This document shows positions 48,496-58,222 of a stretch of DNA of 64,000 nucleotides, one piece after another; position 1 is the first letter of the stretch, and each line of letters starts with the position of its first letter. Both the position numbers and the translations under genes were made by a program. Below the pieces are notes generated by a model that saw only the letters and a program-made list of their open reading frames with translations, had not been told where the DNA came from and made no database searches. This stretch comes from an uncultured Chloroflexia bacterium (GTDB lineage: Bacteria > Chloroflexota > Dehalococcoidia > UBA2979), in NCBI GenBank assembly GCA_963728205.1, contig CAVSIV010000006.1, positions 864,001-928,000 of the forward strand, read 5' to 3'.

Positions 48496-49869
48496 ATGGA
48501 GCTCAACCAGTTCATCCGCCTCGTGGTTCGGCGCTGGTACATCGTCGCCGTGCTGCTCGTGGCGGCGTATGCCGGCACGTGGCTCTACCACGCGGTCACG
48601 CAGCGGGCGAAGGCAACGGGAACCGTGGCGGTTCTTCAGCCCTACGTGGCCGCGCCCGGCGAGTACATCCCTCCGCAGATCACGTTCGACACCATGGACG
48701 AGAGCGCGGAACTCGCGCGGCGCGTCCAGAGCCGGCTGCACGACGGGACGTCGGCGGAGACACTCCAGAACGGGATCGACATCGGCCTGCGGATCTCCAA
48801 CCGACCGACGCTGACGCCGCTGTACGAGGTCAGTTACTCGGACCGCGACACGGCGCGTGCGGAGCGCGTCGCAGGGATCGTGCTCGATGAGGCGATCGCG
48901 CTCTACGGCGAGCTCAACCGGCCCGCCGAGAAAGACGTGCGGGCGGCGTTCGAGGGCGAACGCCAGCGTGCGCAGGCCGCGGCCGACGCAGCCCAGGCGG
49001 CGCTCGCGAAGTTCGAGTCCGAGAACGACGCCTTCAATCTCACCGCGCGGCAGGACCAGACCCGCGGCTACCTGACCCAGCTCCACCTGCTCGCGTTGCA
49101 GCGCGGGTCCGGCGGAACCGGCTCGCTGTTGACCGCGGCGACGGCCGAGCTGGATCGGCTGACGCGCCTCGAGCCCGAGTACACGCGGCTGAAGAGCGAG
49201 GCCGACCTCGCGCAGACCGACCTGTACCGAGTCGACGCGCGCGTGAGCGATCTCACGGCGGCCCTGCCGGCCGGGCCCGCGATCCAGCCGTTCCTCGACG
49301 ACGCGACGAGCAACCTCCGCGCGGCAAAGGCGCGCGACGCGGCGGCGCAGGACGCGCTCGCCGCCTTCCGCCAGAGCAACGCCGTAGCGGATGTGACGGG
49401 GAGCCGGCAGGCGCAGCTTGCGCTCGTCAATCAGCTGCAGCTCGCCGAGACCTCGACCAGCGCGGGGAGCGGCACGATCGACGCGGCGATCGCCGAGCAG
49501 GAAACGGCGCTCGAGCGGCTCAACGCCCTCGCACCGCAGTACTCGCAATTGAGCCTCCAGGTCGGCCGGGCGGAGAGCCAGCTGTCGGCCCTCGAGCAGC
49601 ACATCCAGGAAATCGTCGGAGCCCAGGCGCTGCCATCGCAGAGCCAGACGCTGGTGCTCGAGCGCCCGACCCTGCAGTCGGACGTGTTCTGGATCCTGCT
49701 CACCTACGCCCTCGCCACCGTCGTCGCAGCATTCGCGGGCCTGACCCTCATCTACCTGCTGGGCGTCCTTGCCCGGAGGGCTCTGACCGTCGAGGAGATC
49801 GAAGCCCGACTCGGGCTTCCGGTATTCGCGACCGTGACAGAGGTCGGCTCGCGGAAGGGAGTCCTATGA
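48496..49869 (+). CDS. Polysaccharide co-polymerase / chain-length determinant (Wzz/Wzc-N-like)
   Basis: MEL..F....RRW N-terminal TM, long coiled coil, C-terminal TM, EEIE..LGLPV. Confidence 0.8.
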   Translation: MELNQFIRLVVRRWYIVAVLLVAAYAGTWLYHAVTQRAKATGTVAVLQPYVAAPGEYIPPQITFDTMDESAELARRVQSRLHDGTSAETLQNGIDIGLRISNRPTLTPLYEVSYSDRDTARAERVAGIVLDEAIALYGELNRPAEKDVRAAFEGERQRAQAAADAAQAALAKFESENDAFNLTARQDQTRGYLTQLHLLALQRGSGGTGSLLTAATAELDRLTRLEPEYTRLKSEADLAQTDLYRVDARVSDLTAALPAGPAIQPFLDDATSNLRAAKARDAAAQDALAAFRQSNAVADVTGSRQAQLALVNQLQLAETSTSAGSGTIDAAIAEQETALERLNALAPQYSQLSLQVGRAESQLSALEQHIQEIVGAQALPSQSQTLVLERPTLQSDVFWILLTYALATVVAAFAGLTLIYLLGVLARRALTVEEIEARLGLPVFATVTEVGSRKGVL

Positions 49870-50465
49870 CCGCGGTCACCGTCTCAACCTCGCGAACGCT
49901 GCGCTCGTTGCTCCTCCGCCGGCGGCCGCGGCGACGCACGAGCGCCGTCTCCAGAGTTGCCGTCGGCGACGGCTCATTCGGAGGGGAGCAGTACCGCCTG
50001 CTCGCCCTCCACCTCGCGACGAACATGCGCAACCGGGATCAGAAGACCATCGCGCTGTTCCGCCCCACCGCCCGCGTGCCCGGGACGTCCATCGCGCTGA
50101 ACCTTGCGGCCGCGCTCGCTCAGCACGTCGAGGTCGTCGTGCTGAGCACGTCACCGGTGGATCGGGAGCTGCTCGACGCGGCGGCGTTGCTCGCGGAACG
50201 CAGCCATCGCGTGACCGGGCAGGTGATCTCCGAATCACAGGTTCCGGCGCGGATCGACGACGTCACCGACGCCTCGACCTTCGTCCTCGTCGACAGCCCG
50301 CCCGCGGATCGATCGAGCGGCGCCTACCACATCGCGCAGGCGGCAAAGCACGTGCTTTACCTGCTGCCGGAGAACGTCCACGAGCTGGACACGCACGAGC
50401 GGAACGTGCGTCAGCTCCGGCGGTTGCAGGTGAACGTGCTCGGCGTCCTGCTGTGCGGCGGCTAG
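49866..50465 (+). CDS. Degenerate CpsD/CapB tyrosine-kinase-like protein
   Basis: EQYR.L...L, KTI, A.NLA.ALAQ, VLVDSPP, L....V..LGV.L retained; Walker A GK[ST] and Tyr cluster absent. Confidence 0.7.
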   Translation: MTAVTVSTSRTLRSLLLRRRPRRRTSAVSRVAVGDGSFGGEQYRLLALHLATNMRNRDQKTIALFRPTARVPGTSIALNLAAALAQHVEVVVLSTSPVDRELLDAAALLAERSHRVTGQVISESQVPARIDDVTDASTFVLVDSPPADRSSGAYHIAQAAKHVLYLLPENVHELDTHERNVRQLRRLQVNVLGVLLCGG

Positions 50466-50546
50466 CGGGCTCATGGCCCGCGCCGCCGCCGCTGCGGCAG
50501 TGATCGCCGCGCTCGCGGCGGCCGCCACCGGGACGCCGGGCCCGCA

Positions 50547-52112
50547 ATGACGCACGCCGTCACCGCTTCCGGCGGCGCGCGGCCATCGCCGCTGCGTCGC
50601 GCGCTGCGCACGTTCCTGCACGCGGTCCTGCTGCTGGCGTGCGCATTCGTCCTCTACGTTGCGAGCGTCGGCGGCCTGCTCGCTCTCGTGCTTGCTCTGT
50701 TCGTTGCCGGCGCGATCGCGCTCGCGGCGTACCGGTGGCCGACCGGCGCGACGCTCGCGATGCTCGTGATCGTCCCGATGTCCCGCAGCGTCTCCTTTGT
50801 CGCCTTCGCCACCTCGCGGTCCGCGCTGGTGCTGCACGCCAGCCAGCTGCTGAAGGACGAGCTGCTGATCGCGGTCCTCCTCGGGGTGCTCAACCTCGCG
50901 TTCCTGCGACGGCGGTGGCCGCGCGTGCACCTGATCGATCTCGCCGTCGCGGCCTACCTCGCCGTCACCCTCGTCTACGTCGCCTATCCGGGCGTCGACC
51001 ACAGCAGCGGCAGCGTGTTCGCTCGGTTCCTCGCATGGCGCCAGGACGGCTTCTACGTCCTCGCCTACTTCGTGGGCCGGGGGATCACGCTCCGCCGCGC
51101 CGACCTCACCCGCGCGCTCGGGATCGCGGGGACGATGAGCGTCGCCGTCGCGGTCTTCGCGGTGTTCGAGTTCGCGGCACCCGGGCTGAGCAACGGCCTG
51201 CTCAACAAGCTCGGATTCTCGGGCTTCATGGCGGCGATTGGCACCCCGCACGAGGTGCTCGCGGTCCGCAGCCGCGGCATCGGTGCGGCCGACCTCGCGC
51301 GGGCATCGTCCTTCTTCTTCGCCGACCTCGGCCTTGCGTACTACCAGCTCGTCGTGATTCCCGTGGCGGCCGGTCTGTTCGTCTTCAGTCGCGGCAGACT
51401 GCACCGCCGGGCAGCGCACGCGGGCTTCGTGCTGCTGATGATCGGCGTGCTCGGCCTCACGGTGACCCGCAGTGCCATCGCGGTCGCCGGGCTCGGGCTC
51501 GTCGTCGTCCTCCTGCTGCGCCCCTCCTATCTCCACGCCGCGGCCATCCTTCTCGGCGCCGGAGCGCTGCTCCTCGCGTTCATGCTCGTCGAAGGCATCC
51601 GGCCCGACGGCCTGCTCGCGCTCGGTTCGCTCAACGAAGGATCCGCGCAGTCGCATCTGGCGCTGCTGCACGAGGCGCTCGCGACGCTACAGCAATTCCC
51701 CGGCGGCCTCGGACTCGGCAACGGCAGCCATGTCGCGAACCAGCTGGCGACGTTCGGGGTCATGCTGCCCGTCTCCGCCGCCGAGTCCTGGTACCTGCAG
51801 CTCGGGCTCGAGATGGGCGTCCTCGGGATCGCGGCGTTCACCGTCGCCCTGCTCAGCGCGACGTTCTTCGCAATGGCGAATCACTTCCGGGTGCAGGACG
51901 ACCTGCTGCGCGCGCTCACGCTCGGCACGGCCGCGCTGGGCGCGAGCCTGATCGCGATCAGCGTGGTGCAGCCCGTCTGGGCGGCCGTACACGTCCCCTT
52001 CTTCTTCTGGCTCCTGGTCGGCATTGCCGTGCGCGCGCCGGTCCTCGATCGTCAGTGGCGCGCGAGCGGCGAGAGCCCGGTCCCGCCGCCCCGCGCGTCG
52101 GCGCCCGGCTAA
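50547..52112 (+). CDS. O-antigen ligase / Wzy polymerase family membrane protein
   Basis: Multi-TM; RASSFF, TVTRSA, GS...H, PGGLGLG, ESWYLQLGLEMG..G. Confidence 0.82.
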   Translation: MTHAVTASGGARPSPLRRALRTFLHAVLLLACAFVLYVASVGGLLALVLALFVAGAIALAAYRWPTGATLAMLVIVPMSRSVSFVAFATSRSALVLHASQLLKDELLIAVLLGVLNLAFLRRRWPRVHLIDLAVAAYLAVTLVYVAYPGVDHSSGSVFARFLAWRQDGFYVLAYFVGRGITLRRADLTRALGIAGTMSVAVAVFAVFEFAAPGLSNGLLNKLGFSGFMAAIGTPHEVLAVRSRGIGAADLARASSFFFADLGLAYYQLVVIPVAAGLFVFSRGRLHRRAAHAGFVLLMIGVLGLTVTRSAIAVAGLGLVVVLLLRPSYLHAAAILLGAGALLLAFMLVEGIRPDGLLALGSLNEGSAQSHLALLHEALATLQQFPGGLGLGNGSHVANQLATFGVMLPVSAAESWYLQLGLEMGVLGIAAFTVALLSATFFAMANHFRVQDDLLRALTLGTAALGASLIAISVVQPVWAAVHVPFFFWLLVGIAVRAPVLDRQWRASGESPVPPPRASAPG

Positions 52113-52299
52113 CGCCCGCCGCCCGACGCCCCGGGCCGGACGGCCCGGCACCACCGCGCCTGCGCCCCGGGGCACCCGCGGCTCCACGCCGCGACTCCGC
52201 GTCTCCCGCGAGATCCGCGCGCTGCGATCCCGCCGGCGATCTCTTTCGCTTCGATGGCACCCGATGACGTAACCATCCCGCGATCCATCGCTGCTGGGT

Positions 52300-52331
52300 T
52301 AACTCACCCGTAACCGCTCGATTCATAGGGT
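52300..52331 (+). promoter_or_regulatory. TAAC-N7-TAAC box + -10 (site 5)
   Basis: TAAC TCACCCG TAAC-N11-TAGGGT. Confidence 0.72.
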
Positions 52332-52373
52332 CCGACCTGTCACCGGGGCACACGAACCGAACCGAGTCGTGAC

Positions 52374-53504
52374 GTGCGGGTAGGACTCATGGGGCGGTCA
52401 CTGCGCCCGCCGCTCACCGGCATCGGGCGACATACCGCGAACCTGGTTCGAGGGCTGGCCGGCCGACTGAGCCCCGGGGATCTCAGCGTCTACATCCCCA
52501 GGGACGCCGCTGCGGCGGTCGCGGATGTCCGCTGCCGTGTCGTCTCCGCTCCGATCCCCACCCCTCACGAGCTGCTGCGCGGCCTGTGGGAGCAGACATG
52601 GGTGGCTCGCGACGTGCGGGCGCGACGACCGGACGTCTACCACTCCCCGAACTACGGGCTCCCGCTCGCGCTCCCGTGCCCGTCGGTCGTCACCGTGCAT
52701 GACCTCGCGTTCCTCGACCGACGGTTCCATCACCGTAGGCTCGGCGCCTACCTCCGGTTCGCGACCGCGCTCTCCGTGCGCCGCGCGACCCATGTCATCG
52801 CCGTCTCGCAGTACACGCGCGACCGCATGCTCGCGACCTACCCGGTCGCCAGCGATCGCGTCTCGGTGGTCTACAACGGCCTGGATCCTCGCTACGAGAC
52901 GCTCCCGTCCGCCCGCGCAGTGCAGCGCTTCCTCGCGACGATCGCGCAGGCACGTCCGTACGTCCTCTTCGTCGGCACGATCGAGCCGCGCAAGAACCTG
53001 CCGCGCCTCGTGCGCGCGTTCGAGCTGGTCGCGCCGAAGCAGCCCGCCCTCGACTTGCTGATCTGCGGAACGTGGGGCTGGCGCTACGGAGCCGCGCGGG
53101 AGGCGATTGAGCGGTCGGCCTTCCGCGACCGCATCCGCGTGCTCGGCTATCTCCCGTCCGCGGACCTGCCGCTCCTGTATGCGGGAGCTCGCGTCCTCGT
53201 CTACCCGTCCCTCGAGGAGGGGTTCGGTTTCCCACCGCTGGAGGCGATGGCGATGGGAACGCCGGTCATCACGAGCGACACGAGCGCGCTCCCCGAGGTC
53301 GTCGGCGATGCCGGTGTCCTCGTCGACCCCACCGATGTCGGCGCGATCACGGCGGCGCTCCTGCGGCTGCTCGACGACGAGGCGCTCGCGGATCGGCTGC
53401 GTCAATGCGGGCTGGAGCGCGCCCGGCGATTCACGTGGGACCGCGCGACCGTCGAGACGCTCGCGGTGTACGCGCACGCGGTGGAGCAGCGAGCGGGCGC
53501 ATGA
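52374..53504 (+). CDS. GT4 glycosyltransferase (MtfB/WbdB mannosyltransferase-like)
   Basis: TGIGR, VTVHDL, GTIEPRKNL, YPSLEEGFGFPPLEAMA.GTPV. Confidence 0.92.
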   Translation: MRVGLMGRSLRPPLTGIGRHTANLVRGLAGRLSPGDLSVYIPRDAAAAVADVRCRVVSAPIPTPHELLRGLWEQTWVARDVRARRPDVYHSPNYGLPLALPCPSVVTVHDLAFLDRRFHHRRLGAYLRFATALSVRRATHVIAVSQYTRDRMLATYPVASDRVSVVYNGLDPRYETLPSARAVQRFLATIAQARPYVLFVGTIEPRKNLPRLVRAFELVAPKQPALDLLICGTWGWRYGAAREAIERSAFRDRIRVLGYLPSADLPLLYAGARVLVYPSLEEGFGFPPLEAMAMGTPVITSDTSALPEVVGDAGVLVDPTDVGAITAALLRLLDDEALADRLRQCGLERARRFTWDRATVETLAVYAHAVEQRAGA

Positions 53505-54679
53505 GACCGGCGATCTTCCACCCGTGGATCTACCTGAAAGGGGGCGTCGAGCGGACGCTGCTCGAGCTCGTGACGCGCAGCCGGCACGACTGGCAGATCT
53601 ACACGGGTCGGTACCTGCCCGAGGAGACCTTCGAGGAGTACCGGGACCTCAACGTGGTCGAGATGGCCGAGCTTTCGCTGGTGCGAGACGCCGCACCGGT
53701 GGCGAAAGCGTGCCTGCAGCTCCTGCGGACACGGGGGCTGTGGGACCGGCACGACGCGCTCATGATCTCGTGCGACGGCATCGGGAACCTGCTCACGTTC
53801 AATGCGGGGCACATCCCCTTGATCTGCCTGTGCCACACGCCGCTGCGCGTCGCCTATGACCCCATCACCCGCGAGCAGTGGCGGCGTACACGCAGTCCGG
53901 GGCTCCCGATGCGCACCGGGGTCCAGCTCTTCACGTACGTCGACCGCCTGGCGTGGCGCCGGTACGACCACGTCTTCTGCGTGAGCCACGAGGTGCGCGA
54001 CCGCATCGTGCGTCGCCGGCTGGTCCGGAACGACCGCCTCGAGGTGCTGCACCCGGGCGTCGACATCCACCGCTTCCTGCCGAGCGGCCGGAGCGAGCGC
54101 TTCTTCCTGATCCCCGGGCGCATCATGTGGACCAAGAACATCGAGCTCGGGATCGCCGCGTTCGCGCGCATGAAGGACCTGCGCCTGTGCCCGGGGCTGG
54201 AGGACGTCCGCCTCGTCATCGCCGGCGCCGTCGATGAGAAGAGCCGGCCCTACTTCCGGCAGCTCCGCGCGACGGCTGCGGGTCGCTGCGACGTCGAGTT
54301 CGTCGTGGGGCCGAGCGATAGCGAGCTGATGGACCTGTACGACCGGTGCCTGGCGACCGTGTTCCCCCCGCTCAACGAAGACTGGGGGCTCGTGCCTCTC
54401 GAGTCGATGGCCTTCGGCAAGCCCGTGATCGCCGTCAACCGGGGCGGTCCGGCGGAGAGCGTGGTGCACGGGCTGACCGGGCTGCTCGCGCCCGCCACCG
54501 TCGAGGCGTTCGCCGGGGCGATGGCCGCGATCGCCTCCAGCCCGGAGTTGCTCGAACACCTCGGCCGCAACGCGCGCGCGCAGGCCGAACGCTTCCACTG
54601 GAACACCTTCGTCGACCGCATCGACGGGTATCTCGACGAGATCCAGGATCGGCGTCCGGTGCTCGCCGCCGCTCGATGA
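53501..54679 (+). CDS. GT4 glycosyltransferase (Alg2-like)
   Basis: HP....GG.ER, CHTP.R, GRI...KN, NEDWGLVPLESMA.GKPVIAVN.GGP.E. Confidence 0.9.
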   Translation: MRPAIFHPWIYLKGGVERTLLELVTRSRHDWQIYTGRYLPEETFEEYRDLNVVEMAELSLVRDAAPVAKACLQLLRTRGLWDRHDALMISCDGIGNLLTFNAGHIPLICLCHTPLRVAYDPITREQWRRTRSPGLPMRTGVQLFTYVDRLAWRRYDHVFCVSHEVRDRIVRRRLVRNDRLEVLHPGVDIHRFLPSGRSERFFLIPGRIMWTKNIELGIAAFARMKDLRLCPGLEDVRLVIAGAVDEKSRPYFRQLRATAAGRCDVEFVVGPSDSELMDLYDRCLATVFPPLNEDWGLVPLESMAFGKPVIAVNRGGPAESVVHGLTGLLAPATVEAFAGAMAAIASSPELLEHLGRNARAQAERFHWNTFVDRIDGYLDEIQDRRPVLAAAR

Positions 54680-55848
54680 TGCGCATCGGTTTCGACGCAA
54701 CGGTGCTGCAGGGACCGACGCGCCACACGGGCGCGGGGCGGTGTGCCGAGGGGCTGCTGTCCGCAATGGGGCCCCGCATCGCAGACCAGGGCGAGGTGGT
54801 CGCGTTCGCATGGGAGGACGCGGGCGAGCCGTTCCCTTCGCCGCCCGGCGTGCGCTGGGAGCCGGTGCCCCGGCTGCCGCTCGGCAGGTGGTCCGCGCTC
54901 GCCACGTCGCTCGCCGTGCTGCCGCGAGCGGTTGCCGCAAGCGGCGTCGAGCTGTTCCACACGCCGACGGTGCACACGCGACCGTCGCTCCCGCCGGTGC
55001 CATCGGGGCTCGCGTGCCCGCTCGTCGTGACGCTCCACGACGTCATTCCGCTCACCCAGTACGCCGCCACGAATCGGATGCCCCTGCGGATGCGGCGGTT
55101 CTACCGGTGGAACCTCCGCCGCGCGCTCCGGGCCGATCGCCTCGTCACCGTCTCCGACCACTCGCGCCGCGAGATCGCATCCCGCACCGGCACGAGCACC
55201 GACCGCATCGACGTCGTCTATAACGGCGTCGACCTGCCGGGCGGCGCCACGGGCGGGACCCTGCCGGGCCGGCCCGTGCTGTGGTCGCGCCCGTTCGCCC
55301 TCTACGTCGGATCGTCGGAGCCGCGCAAGAACCTCCCGCGCCTCGTCGAAGCGTTCGCGATCGCCGTCTCGCGCGGGCTCGACTGCGACCTCGTGCTCGT
55401 GACCGATCCGGCGTCGGGACACGCCCCACGGCTGCGCGAGCTGATCGAGCGGTCGGGCGTTCGCGCGCGCGTGCACCTGCGCTCCGGGCTGCCCGCGCGC
55501 GAGCTCGAAGCGCTGTATCGCGCCGCCACCTTCCTCGCGTTCCCCTCGCTGTCGGAAGGGTTCGGGCTGCCGCCCGTCGAGGCTATGCTTGTCGGGACCC
55601 CGGTCCTGGCCTCAAGGTTGGGAGCGCTCCCGGAAGTGCTGGGGGAGGCGGCGCGCTACGTGGATGCGTTCGACACGACCGCGATCGCTGAAGGCATGCT
55701 GGAGCTCGCGCAGAACGCCGGCCTGCGCACACGGCTGCGCACGGCCGGCTGCGACGTGGCCCGGCGCTACACGTGGCAGCGGGCCGCCGAGCAGACGCTC
55801 GCGGTCTACCAGGACGTTCTCCGGAGGGCGCGCGGGGAAGCTCCGTGA
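54676..55848 (+). CDS. GT4 glycosyltransferase (MtfB-like)
   Basis: VTLHDVIP, EPRKNL, FPSLSEGFGLPPVEAM..GTPV. Confidence 0.92.
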   Translation: MMRIGFDATVLQGPTRHTGAGRCAEGLLSAMGPRIADQGEVVAFAWEDAGEPFPSPPGVRWEPVPRLPLGRWSALATSLAVLPRAVAASGVELFHTPTVHTRPSLPPVPSGLACPLVVTLHDVIPLTQYAATNRMPLRMRRFYRWNLRRALRADRLVTVSDHSRREIASRTGTSTDRIDVVYNGVDLPGGATGGTLPGRPVLWSRPFALYVGSSEPRKNLPRLVEAFAIAVSRGLDCDLVLVTDPASGHAPRLRELIERSGVRARVHLRSGLPARELEALYRAATFLAFPSLSEGFGLPPVEAMLVGTPVLASRLGALPEVLGEAARYVDAFDTTAIAEGMLELAQNAGLRTRLRTAGCDVARRYTWQRAAEQTLAVYQDVLRRARGEAP

Positions 55849-56927
55849 GCATCCGTCCACGGCGACGGAGCCGCCGGCGCCGTCTCGCATGGTGGCTGGG
55901 CGGCACGCTCGTCGTGCTCCTCCTGCTCGCCACGCTCTCGCACCCGCGCCGACACCCGACCGCGCCATCGTCGATCGAGCCGGCGCTGTCGAGCGCGCAG
56001 CCGCCACTCGTCTTCACCTACTTCTACTACTGGTATGACCTCCCGGACGGCGCGCACAGCACCGCGCTGACGGACCACCCCGTCGATCCGAGCGCCAGCT
56101 TCCGGCGCGTCGACTGGATGGGGCAGCAATTGATCGATATGCGAGACGCGGGCATCGACGTTGCCCTCGCCGTCTACTGGGGCGACGAGGAGCCTTCCAG
56201 CGACGTCGGGCTCGCGAACCTGGTCCAGGCGGCGCGCCAGCTGCGCGCCGAGGGAGAACGGACGCCGGGCATCGGGCTGTTCCTCGACACCGGCCTGATC
56301 GGCCGCTGGAGCTATGACCAGCGCGACCTGCGCACGCCCGAGAACCGCGACCGCTTCTACGCTCTCGTGCGTCGCTTCTATCAGGCCGTCCCGCGCGAGA
56401 TGTGGGGCACGATCGACGGGCGTCCCGTGCTCTGGCTGTGGGGCTCGTGGCTCGACATCCGCTTCGACCAGCGGCTGTTCGACGACGTCTATACACGATT
56501 CGAGGCCGACTTCGGCGTACGGCCGTACATCGTCGCCGACAACAGCTGGCGATACGCGATCGGCACCGGCTTCATGGGGCGGATCAGCGTCGATCGCGGC
56601 GCGCCGATCAGCGTCGACGACTTCTACTCGTGGGGCGGGGCGATCGAAGGCTACCGGGAGGAAGGCGGCAACGTCGCGGAGATTGGGCCGGGCTACGACG
56701 AGCGCCGGCTCGGCGGCTCCGCCGACCGCACGGGGCGGTACGTTCCGCGGGACGGCGGTGCAACGTACCGGGCCGCCTGGGAGGCCGCGCTCGCTTCGGG
56801 CAAGCGGTTCATCGCGATCGAGACGTGGAACGAATTCCATGAGGCCAGTGACATCGCCGACTCGCGGGAGTACGGACGCACCTACATCGAGATCACCCGC
56901 GAGTACGCCGGGCGCCTGGCGCGATGA
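55845..56927 (+). CDS. Membrane-anchored GH99/DUF5010-like glycoside hydrolase
   Basis: N-terminal TM; TYFYYWY, DM..AGID, IDGRP...LW, PGYD.R, R..G..Y...W, IETWNEFHE.S.I. Confidence 0.8.
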   Translation: MSIRPRRRSRRRRLAWWLGGTLVVLLLLATLSHPRRHPTAPSSIEPALSSAQPPLVFTYFYYWYDLPDGAHSTALTDHPVDPSASFRRVDWMGQQLIDMRDAGIDVALAVYWGDEEPSSDVGLANLVQAARQLRAEGERTPGIGLFLDTGLIGRWSYDQRDLRTPENRDRFYALVRRFYQAVPREMWGTIDGRPVLWLWGSWLDIRFDQRLFDDVYTRFEADFGVRPYIVADNSWRYAIGTGFMGRISVDRGAPISVDDFYSWGGAIEGYREEGGNVAEIGPGYDERRLGGSADRTGRYVPRDGGATYRAAWEAALASGKRFIAIETWNEFHEASDIADSREYGRTYIEITREYAGRLAR

Positions 56928-56976
56928 AGCCGCCCGCCCGGCCTGCTGACCACACCGCTCCCCCGGCGCGGCGGCG

Positions 56977-58188
56977 CTAGGCGGCTCGCACGTCGCCCGC
57001 CGCGATCCCGCCGAGCAGGGTCTCGAGCCGCTCGCCGGCCGCAACCCACGTCCAGTTCGCCACGACGTGTGCGCGGCCCGCGTCGCCCATCGCCCGCGCG
57101 GCGGCCGGGTCGGCGAGGATCCCGCTCAGCGCGCCGGCGAAGGCCTCCTCGTCGCGCTCCACCAGCCGGCCGGTCACCCCGTCGATCACCGTCTCGGTCG
57201 GCCCGCCCTCGCCGACCGCGACGACCGGCGTGCCGCAGGCCATGGCTTCGAGCACGGCCAGGCCGAACGGCTCGAAGTGCGACGCGAAGACGAACGCCCT
57301 GGCCCCCTGGTAGAGCTGCACGATCTCTGCGTCGGAAACGGCGCTGCGGATCTCGAGCCTGACATCGCACCCGGCGGCGAGCCGGGTGAGCTGTCGACCG
57401 ACGCTTGCGTGGTCCGCGTTCGCTGCGATCACCAGCCGCGGCCGTGTGCGCCGCGGGTACCGACCCAGGCCCCGGATCAGGAAGTCGAAGCCCTTGGCTA
57501 CCGCCAGGGCGCCGACGGAGAAGACGTAGTCGCCCCGCTCCGGGTCGGACGGCGGCGCGAACCGCGCCGCGTCGACGCCGAGCGGCGAGACGGCCGAGTC
57601 GCGCTCGTAGTAGTCGGCAATCGTCGCGCGCGTCATCGCGGAGTTCGCGAGCACCAGGCTCGCCGCGAGCACGTTGCGCCGATCGAGCGGCTTCGTGACG
57701 AGGTCGTAGAGTCGCCCGCGCGCCCACGCCCGCGCCCGCTCCCGGGGCGGCAGTGGCGCCGCCTCGGGGCGGCAGACCGCCTCCAGGAATCGCCGCGGCG
57801 GCTCATGGCAGTAGTACGCGGTCGGCGTCAGCGAGTGGGCGAGCACGGAGGGCGCCGCCTGCGTGAAGCGACAGGGGTCGGTCAGCACCACGTCGTAGCC
57901 GCCGGCATCGATGCGCGCCGCGACGACGCCGGACAGGCGCTCCAATCGCTTGAGGTCGTGGAGCCAGCGCGCCATGTTGAGGCCGACGGCGTGACGCAGC
58001 GGCACGTGGGGCCGGAACGGAAACACCGTCACTTCGCGCCCGACCACACCGCTTTGCAGGAAGCTCTCGTCGGCCGTCTCCAGCGAGAACACGTCGACGA
58101 CGTGCCGCCTCGCGAGCTCTCGGCACAGCTCGTGGAGGGCGCGCCTCGCGCCTCCCGGGGCCTGATGGTGATACCAGGCGATTCTCAC
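56977..58188 (-). CDS. GT4 glycosyltransferase
   Basis: GGA.R, YYCHEP.R, KG.DF, EPFGL..LEAMACGTPVV.V.EGG. Confidence 0.9.
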   Translation of the reverse strand: MRIAWYHHQAPGGARRALHELCRELARRHVVDVFSLETADESFLQSGVVGREVTVFPFRPHVPLRHAVGLNMARWLHDLKRLERLSGVVAARIDAGGYDVVLTDPCRFTQAAPSVLAHSLTPTAYYCHEPPRRFLEAVCRPEAAPLPPRERARAWARGRLYDLVTKPLDRRNVLAASLVLANSAMTRATIADYYERDSAVSPLGVDAARFAPPSDPERGDYVFSVGALAVAKGFDFLIRGLGRYPRRTRPRLVIAANADHASVGRQLTRLAAGCDVRLEIRSAVSDAEIVQLYQGARAFVFASHFEPFGLAVLEAMACGTPVVAVGEGGPTETVIDGVTGRLVERDEEAFAGALSGILADPAAARAMGDAGRAHVVANWTWVAAGERLETLLGGIAAGDVRAA

Positions 58189-58222
58189 GGCCACCTCCCG
58201 GGGTCGAGCGATCACACCGCCG

